From Mytilus edulis (lineage: Eukaryota), in NCBI RefSeq assembly GCF_963676685.1, contig NC_092346.1, forward strand, positions 73,284,001 to 73,348,000: a DNA stretch of 64,000 nt, given 5' to 3'. The position numbers were made by a program, and so were the translations under genes. Below, piece after piece: positions 55,075 through 64,000 of this stretch (position 1 is the first letter of the stretch; every line of letters starts with the position of its first letter). The notes beneath the pieces are model-generated. The model saw only the letters and a list, made by a program, of their open reading frames with translations. It was not told the origin of the DNA and ran no database searches.

Positions 55075-55382
55075 ACTAAATTATAATCTTTGTACTTTTG
55101 ATACTTATTTACACCACTGGGTCGATGCCACTGCTGGTAGACGTTTCGTCCCCGAGGGTATCACCAGCCCAGTAGTCAGCACCTCGGTGTTGACATGAAT
55201 ATCAATTGTGTGTTCAAATTAATAAATTTCCTGTTACAAATCTTTAAAATTTTCGAAAAACTATGGATTTTCTTATCCAAGGAATAGATTACCATAGCTG
55301 TATTTGGCACAACTGTTTGGTTTCGGATCCTCAATGCTCTTCAACTTTATACTTGTTTGACTTTATAACTTTTTTGATATGA

Positions 55383-55426
55383 GCGTCACTGATGAGTCTT
55401 GTGTAGACGAAACGCGCGTCTGGCGT
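55383..55426 (+). ncRNA. Type I hammerhead ribozyme
   Basis: Same fold; CTGATGA at 55389-55395, GTC site ending at 55420. Confidence 0.88.
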
Positions 55427-58094
55427 ACTTAATTATAATCCTGGTACCTTTGATTTAGATTTATTATAAAAATATTAGTAAAATAAATATGTTAGCACAT
55501 AAACTTGCGAAAAAAAACATCCAGGGAAAGGTTCAATAAAATCTGGTTAATATTTGTGTAAGAGATATTGTGGACACAATATTTATACCAAACTCTAACT
55601 TTAAGAATTTTTTTTATAATTGTATATGCATGCCAGAATCAATAGGAGGTACACAAATATTGTATTTTGTAAAAAATATAAATATTTATGATTAGTGAAA
55701 TCAAAATACTGGTTTGGAGAGTTGAATACAACCTGATATAGATATCATAAAGTCCATGTTTTGGTATTTGAAAACAAAAAAACACCCAGATCGACATTTA
55801 AACCAAAGCTGCAAAATCTAAGAGAGATTCTGTGAAAGTTTTATCGAGATCCAGGAAGGAGTTTAGGTTGAGCTGTGAATGCAAGATGTGTTCCCCTTTT
55901 GTAGATATTGAAAACTAAATTACTATGAACAGTCAAATACTTAGGGCTTGGGTATTTCTCTCTTGTTTAAATCACCACCTGAGAAAAAAGTTTAATGTAC
56001 GACGGACAATCAAACAAAATAAAATACTATATAGTACTTTGTGACATTGTAGATTAGTAGAACTTTAAAACATAAATCATGATACAAATAGTTGATTTCA
56101 TGTTTGCTCATCTAAAATATTTAAATCTAGCTTTTTTACACAAGATTATATTTCTTTTTGTAGTCTATAGACATTTCTCAGCCACGAAAGAAACATTTTG
56201 CTTACATCCACGTCATTTTAACTCTGATGCATATTTATCTTCAAAGCAATACATCATATATATTTGTTTGTGTGCTTTAAATACGACTGATATGCAGGAA
56301 AATAACAAACTATGGATAATAATGTCATTAAATCGTTGTGATTATTAATTTACCCTAATTATGTTACATATTTGTCTCGTCAACTGTTTATTATGATTGC
56401 ACACAACGAAATACATGAAAATTGTTTGTCAATATTGCCTCATAGTGATCTGCAGTTAGCTAGAGATGTTGGTAAGAAACGAGTTCATAATCTGTATCAT
56501 CATACGGTCACCATTATCTTGTGAATTTTAAATATTTGAAACTATTTTACAGTTAGACATGTTTTATGTTTAAAGTTTGAATGACAGGTCAATTTTTGTT
56601 GTCTGTAGTATATTTCTATAAGGTTATTTGAAGTCAAGTAACAATACACCTGAATATTATTGAAAAGTTTCTATTTCATATTTAATATTGAATGATTTCT
56701 GTTATGGTGAAAAATTTGAGAATGGAATATTCAGGTCAGTTTTCAACCTTTGGTCCGTCGGTGCTCGAACTAACGACAACTATCACAGCCTAGGCTATCA
56801 GTCTACCAATCAGACAATCTGTTTTGTTTTATGGCCTACGGGGAAAATATGTAGTACTTGTATACTTACATCATAAATAATATTTTTAAATACCGCCTAC
56901 AAAGTTAAATTTTTGAGTTTCAGTATTTTTTTAAGTATATAATGGTACACGATGTTTGTTATCAGCTATTTTTGAATTCTCTAGTGAGGGAAATACGTTT
57001 AAAATCTACACTATGCTTAGATCATCCAGTTGTACAATATGTTAATTTCATTTCATAATATTGATATTAAGGTAGTCCTCAAATTGCAGATATCAAATAG
57101 ACCGTCTCTTTGTATATTGGCGTTGTTTTTTGTTGCATGCTATGCCAGTGTTCCGGTTTTTTTCTTTGTTCTCTTCTTATTGTTGATGTGTTTCCCTTGG
57201 TTTTAGTTTGTAATCCAGATTTGTTTTCTTTCTATCGATTTATGACTTTTGAACAAAGGTATACTACTTTTGCCTTTTTTTAAAGACCTATGTTTTTTTG
57301 GTTTTTTTCCATTTAAACACTTATGTTTATTCCAACAGTACAATTACGAAGCAAACATATGGGGCGCAATAAAACATTATTTCTAATAAGTTTGATATAT
57401 GAAAGTCATATTTTCTAAATTTCATAAGGTTGCAATGAAAATAGGTTCAAGTCATACTGATTTATGTACATGAACGTCATTCGAATGTATTTTTATGCGT
57501 ATTGGTTGAACGTCATGAAAATAAGATGTGGTATGATTGCCAATGAGATATGCAAAAGACCAAATTGACTAATGGACATAAGAAAATAAGTCCAATGCTA
57601 CTTACAATTAAAAGAAACATAATCAATGAATATTTTTCTAGTATTGTTAATATAGTGTTTTGTATACAAAATGTATGTCAATTAATTTAATCAGCTGATT
57701 ATTCCCTGTGCAGTCAGTGGATTGTAACAGGGTACGTCAGGAGAAGCTTGGAATCTTGATGGTTTATTTTACAAGCAATATTTGATGAATAAAATTATTA
57801 TGTAGTTAAAAAAAAGAAAAAATTGATAAAAATGTAAGCAACAGTATGTCATCGTACGGCACAAAGTCTAAGTCTATATTTTGGCATGAAAAATGAAAAA
57901 TACTAATATCGAGGAAAATATTACCTGAGTTATGTAAACTCGTAACAAACGAAAAACAAATATAATAGGTAGCAATAAACGACAATCACTAAATAACAGA
58001 CTCCTGACGTAGACACCTTCAAATAGATATCGGGTTATATATGTTTACAAGAGCTCTACCCTCCCTTTTACATAAGACAATGGCGTAACAGCAC

Positions 58095-60228
58095 TATGAA
58101 AGGCTGTTCATGTCGAAAACCCGATAAAGTAACGCGTTAATATATTTTTAACGCGTTTTTTAATTATTAAAAGCGTTAATCACTAAACTACAAAAAATTA
58201 GCGAATTTTTTTTCTTCTTTCACCTTAACAACGTTTTAAGTCGTCAGATTTACTCGAAACTTACTAAATGAAATGGCCAGATGTGTCATATTTTCGTCAA
58301 TTAACGCGATAAAGTTTACAGATTTTTATCACATATATATATATTATCGTCATTAATTACTTATCGCGTTTGAGTAAGAATTAACGCGTTAAATGAAAGT
58401 TTAACGCGTTAAATGAAACTTTAACGCATTAAATACAACTTAAACGCGTTTTAAATGCTATTGTAACGTAAATACTACTTTATCGCGTTAAAAGCAACTA
58501 GATAGGGTGTCTTCCTCAGTCTTGGATTTTGAAATACCAGAAAACAAGGTCTAGATCTTTGACAAAATGTGCAAATTTTTAGATTAGTAGGTAATTCATG
58601 TGCAAGAATTTTCATTATAATATAGAAAAATGCCATGTTTTATCATATTTATGGTTGTATTTAACAAAAAAAACGAATACTTATGTTTGAATCCACTTTT
58701 TCCAACTTTGCCAAAAAAAGGGGAGGCAACTCAAATGCAAGGGCAGATAATTCAGATAGTGTTACTTTTACAATAGAATGTGTTAGGAATTTACCCATTT
58801 TATTATGTAGCAAGAAAACAAGTTCGGTGACACCCCTTTTTTTCATTTTTGTTTTTTTTTATATATAAAAGCATAATATTGGAGCTATCTCCTCATATTT
58901 TATCTCAAAATTAAATGGTGTAGTTTTCGTTTTATTGCGGAAAATTAGGTTTTCCATGCATAATCAATACAAAATCGATCAATTTTGCACAACCTGTAGT
59001 GTGAAATTAAGTCCCGTGATCCATCCTTTTTATTAATGTTTTTAAACAAGCAGGATATAAACTACAATTTGGCAAATTATTAAAAAATTCTATGGATTAT
59101 AATTTAGACACCCCATCTGCCATGAATGCAACTTTAACGCGTTCAATGCAACTTTAACGCGTTAAATACAACTTTAACGAGTGAAATATAACTTTTACGA
59201 GTTAAATATAACTTTAACGAGTTAAATATAACTTTAACGAGTTAAATGCTATTTTAATGCGTTAAAAGCAACTTAAATGCGTTTTTCTGAAGATGGTGAC
59301 AACATATCTATATCTATCAACCAAACATCAGTTAAATATTACCATGGGAAATTGTTACACGGCTGTCAGTCAGATAGCTGAGGACAAATCATAATTTGGC
59401 CTTTTATCATTTTTTTACATTCTGGCGTCATTGATGAGTCTTTTTTTTTTAAAAACGCGCGTCTGGCGCAAATACAAAATTTCAATTCTGGTATCTATGA
59501 TGAGTTTATTTATCAGCTAGCAATCTTGTATGAATTGTAAACATGTATAAAACAAGAGGTTCTTAATAGCATGCATCGTGCATCAAGTAAACTATGCCCA
59601 ATAAGGTTATGAATCTGTGCCAAATGTTTCACTGGTAATAGGGTTAAGCGAACGACCGTGTGATATTGCGGGGGAGGGGGGAGATGATCTATTCTTTATT
59701 TTTACGTCTTACTAAGTCGGTTTTTTTCCGGCATTTTGTACATCTAAATACTGCGTTGTTCTGTCTACTAGGCATGTACGGAGACCATATCATTTTTTGT
59801 TTCCTGAATTTGGCGCTATTATTAGTGCCCTACCTGCAAAGCTCAAAGAGACTTTCTATCTGTCTGTCCGTTCTCTATTCGTTATCAGTCCTGAATTTTG
59901 TCCAAGGTGATGGTTGTCTTTCTGACTGTAACTTCCTTGTTTTATTTTTTATTTTCATTGTGTCGCGTTAAATGATTTTTTTAGCGCGTCAAAACGATGA
60001 TTGAATTTGTTGCGTTAAATGTGATTCATTATGACACATGAGGCCAGTGCAACGGGTATTTTATCGTGATAAATGTCGTTTTTCCCTCACAGGTTAAATC
60101 TCCAACTTAATAATTTCAAAGTTTAACGCGTTAAATATATTGATTTCTTTACGCGTTAAAACTGTATTTATCGCGTTAAATGTTAACGCGTCACTTTATC
60201 GGGTTTTTGACACGAACGGCCTTTCATA
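58095..60228. mobile_element. Non-autonomous TIR transposon (TAT...ATA termini, 6-bp TSD; IS3EU-like) with an internal 20-bp tandem array and nested inserts
   Basis: ~46-bp TIR tatgaaaggc(t/c)gttc(a/g)tgtc(g/a)aaaacccgataaagt; CAGCAC is duplicated at 58089-58094 and 60229-60234; aaatgcaactttaacgcgtt-type arrays at 58380-58500 and 59125-59283. Confidence 0.75.
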
Positions 60229-61784
60229 CAGCACGACAAAAAAACTTCAAACGTCAGTTGAAATAAGTAACAAAAAGACTTATGATACAAAACACCGATA
60301 TAAGATAACTCGCATCTACTGAAAGCTTGTTTAAAGCCAATTGCAACTGATTAATAAATCAAATTCTCAGTTCTACTAGATATTAATCCAATGGATTTAG
60401 TAATAAGCGCTATAAAAAAGACATGTGGCAAGCCGTTGGGAATTCATATGTATCAACAATACGGTAAGGTCCACATTTCATGTTTGCACATTTTCCTTAA
60501 ATTTTGAAACTGATGTCGGGGTGTTGTCTCTTTGTCACGTTCTCAATTTTCATTCTCAATCTTATTCCCTGTTTTAGATATTAAAAAAAGCATTCATAAA
60601 TATTGATAAACATCATTGTTGATATCAAAAAATTATTGTGTCACTATCATATATTTTGTTTGTATAAATAACTGTAAAAGAAAAAAGGGTAATGCATAAA
60701 TATAAGCATCGACATGTGTTCATTACGTTTTATGATTACACATTTAGTCAGTATTTTTTAATTTAATAGTATCAAAATCAGTGACGTAACAATAAAACAA
60801 ATGTACATAGACAATGTATCTTAATCTTAGTGTTCAAATGATAACATTTAAGAGTAGGCTTATTCCAAGGGTCTGTTTCTCATTTGATCATTCAATTGTA
60901 ATGTTAACTGTTATATCGACATGTTAAGCTTTAAATAATATGACAATTTGTAATTTATATCTGTGGTCGCTTTTAATCATTGCTTGTTCTTGGTGATTAA
61001 GGTTTTTATTTATAAATACTAGTATGGGTTGTTGTAAATTTTCTATCCTGGTGTGTATACGTACAGGTTACTATTTCAATATGTAATAAAAAAAAACCTT
61101 AAAAAGCGTGCATATCATATTGATTTCTATGATATGCATAAATACAAAACAGACGTATTTAACAAATAGATTTATTAACAATCAATTATGAATTGCTGAA
61201 TAACGTCATATTATATTAACAACATCATTTAGTAGTTCATCTTCCATTTCCACCTACACAATCATTCGTGTTGAATATATTTCATTTTCCAGTTAGTATA
61301 CTTTACAGTTACTTTCTATCACTTATTTTCCTAGTTTCTGTTTGTTTCTTAATGTATTTAATATTAAAACTCAGCTAAGATGAAATCTTTCTAATCGTTT
61401 TTTAAACATGGACTTTAGTTAAACAACCGATATTGTTTGACTCTTTTCGCTAATATCTGAAAATATAAGAAATATAGCATTTGAAATATATACGTACATG
61501 GGTGTTGTGATAAATGAAAAAAAAAGCACTCGCCATTACTTATAGCTTTTTTTTTTTAAATAAATATGTAATTTGTTACACAATATAGATACAAGCATCT
61601 ACTGAAAACTAAGAAAACTTTTTTATCAATTTTTAACCGCTTGCAACTAAAAAAAGATCTTTTACGGTAGACAGTCTGTCCATTTAAAGGGCCAAACATA
61701 AGACTAAAGAGTGTTATTGCAGAAAACATTTTTTTTCATACAGCCCACGGGTTAACCTTGAAAATTAGCATTACTAATTACTAA

Positions 61785-61965
61785 TCCAGGAATAGACAAC
61801 CTTAGCTGTATTTGGCACAACTTTTTAATTTTGGGTCATCAATGCTCTTCAACTTTGTACTTGTTTGGCTTTATAACTATTTTGGTCTGAGCGTTACTGA
61901 TGAGTCTTATGTAGACGAAACGCGCGTCTGGTGTATTAAATTATAATCCTGGTGCCTTTGATAAC
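61785..61965 (+). mobile_element. Partial retrozyme-family unit with intact hammerhead core (61891-61934)
   Basis: gcgtta-CTGATGA-gtct(tatgt)agac-GAAA-cgcgc-GTC-tggtgt; stem I is weakened by G-U pairs. Confidence 0.75.
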
Positions 61966-63169
61966 TACTATCAGTATCACAAAAAAAAACATGCCGTTAG
62001 TTTAAACTTTATATAGAATATAACATTGAAATTTAATCGTGGCATTTATTGCATATGTGTTAAAAACAATTTGAACATTTGAAAAATATACTGTTACCGT
62101 TTTAGTTATTCAAACAATCAAGTGGTATGCTATCTGTTATTTACACCACATAGTGGGTTATAATTTTTTTAATTTTAATTAAGGACTTTCTTTCTTTTAT
62201 GAGAGTTTGGGAATAAATGACATTAGTTATACATTTAAATAGTTCTCTGTATTTTGAAATTTTAAATAGAAACGTATTAACTTATAAACATTTGACCGTA
62301 ACTAAGATATTACAATACGGTTTTATCATTTTTGGGATATTTTTAACATTGCCAAAAAAAGGGAGGTTTGGCTAGGCGTACAACAAGGTGCAACCCATCA
62401 TTAATTCTAAACAGGTCCCGAAAAAAGTTAGAAATATGGCAGTTGTTGTCAAATAGTCTGTTTATATGTGTTTTTGAGTTTGTTTTTGCAGCAGTTCAGT
62501 CTTTCTGTTATTTCGTTGTTTTCCTTTTATAGTTGATGTGTTTCCCTCGGATTTGGTTTGTGAATTTTATTTTCGCTCAATCGATTTATGACTATTGTAC
62601 AGTAGTAAACTTATGTTTCCTTATTTCTGCTATCGAGTCAATTTTATTCTAATTCTCTGGAATAAAATTAACATGATAAAAAAACTGAAGTCGTACTCAG
62701 AACTTTCTCTGGAATAAAACTCACCTGACACACTAATGGAGGCGTACTCGTAATAAACTTACCTGATAAACTGGTGGAGGCGTAGTCTGGATCATCTCTA
62801 GATAAACTTGTCACAGATGGCACATATACTGCAATTGAAGATTTATATATGTAGATACGTTTGCAAAAGTTTTTCCGGTTTAACATTCATTTTTGAAAAT
62901 CATTTTATGAGCAAAACAACTTTCAATGTTTTGCCTTGGATAAGTTTTCTTTCAATCTGTTTATTATAATAAACGAAACTCTAACAATGCGCATTAATAA
63001 AAAAATTATTATTTGTTCCTCAATTTTTTGCTGACCTGGGACTTTGTTTTCAATACAATATGCTGATAAAACAAACAATAAAAATGATTATTAGTTGCGG
63101 ATAGAACAAGCTTCCCGGAACAGCTGGGAGTACTCTTAGCTCGATACTATGTCTTTATTTGGAAGCAAG

Positions 63170-63255
63170 TCATTTCGTACCCTGACCATTTCGTACCTCT
63201 GCCATTTCGTACCCAAATCTGCCATTCCGTACCCAACATTTACCATTTCGTACCC
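63170..63255. repeat. Short tandem array of ccatttcgtaccc (5 copies), probable transposon subterminal remnant
   Basis: Directly visible motif with short variable spacers. Confidence 0.6.
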
Positions 63256-64000
63256 ACGTTTTGTGTCGATTAGACGAGTCAAGCCATTTGCTACTGAAAT
63301 TTAGTTTGACAGTTTGTTCTTATGTTATAATATAACACCACTGTCACGTTTGGGAGATATGAGGGCTCGCAAACATGTTGAACCCATCCATAATGTATAT
63401 TTGACTGTCCCAAATCTGGTCGTATGATTTCGTTTAAAATACAATTAATTTCACCAATACTAAAAACAGTTCTATATTAACATTCTTTTAATTGTTAGAA
63501 AAAACATCAAATAACACCACTACAAACTTAATTCCAATGTTATAATCCATTTTTAGAAATTAACCTGTGACAGTTTTTTTTGTGTGGCTTAGATACATTC
63601 GTGTGACACAGAGATCATAAGCCCCTTATTCTGTATTTGTGTATTGTCGTAAATTAACTTTAGGTGTTCGTTGTTATTTTATGGTTTACATGTCGAAATG
63701 TACCATGTGTACTATTATATTACTTATTTATGTATTTTTTTCTGTTATGAGTGTTCTTGCATTGATGTGTACTGTTTTCCTATCACGTAATTGTCATTTT
63801 AGCGGTATTGTTTTGACATTTTCATATAAGCGGGATGTTCTGCTAGTCATAAAACCAAGTTCACCCCACCATTAGTTCTTAAAATGGCATGTACCAAGTC
63901 AGGAATATGGCAGTTTTCATAAAATAGTTCTTTTCTATGTATGTAGCATTGGCATATGTTTTGGTACACTTTAATGTTTCTGTTGTAATTTTTTTCTTTT

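Larger units (their letters stand above)
54595..55453 (+). mobile_element. Tandem non-LTR retrozyme array (~2.4 units of 352 bp)
   Basis: Direct repeats 54715-55068 and 55069-55420, each ending in a hammerhead motif; no ORF. Confidence 0.85.

Overview
AT-rich, repeat-dense eukaryotic genomic DNA. The repeat content suggests a bivalve mollusc, probably a Mytilus-type mussel (inference). Three intron-containing genes can be reconstructed. Gene 1 (minus strand, CDS 7762-6950 + 5521-5510) encodes a secreted Gly/Asn/Met/Arg-rich low-complexity protein. Gene 2 (plus strand, five coding exons, 43402-47035) encodes a secreted Gly/Pro/Ala/Tyr-rich repetitive protein with a (CDPxDPxC)4 block and a Lys/Tyr-rich tail. 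Gene 3 (minus strand, 54023-51424) encodes an ANKRD63-like ankyrin-repeat protein. Genes 1 and 2 point away from each other about 35 kb apart and share one architecture: signal peptide, Gly-rich repeats, an RKPYxK basic tail and a phase-0 '...PK | GGY-stop' terminal micro-exon. They look like a rapidly diverging family of secreted structural (shell, byssus or ligament-type) proteins. The rest is mobile DNA: two decayed Penelope-like retroelements of different types, a tandem type-I hammerhead-ribozyme retrozyme (352-nt unit) plus scattered hammerhead copies, a five-level nest of transposons at 1-3.4 kb, three copies of a ~445-bp foldback MITE, an IS3EU-like non-autonomous element and many SINE-like repeats. 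No prokaryotic features or CRISPR array.
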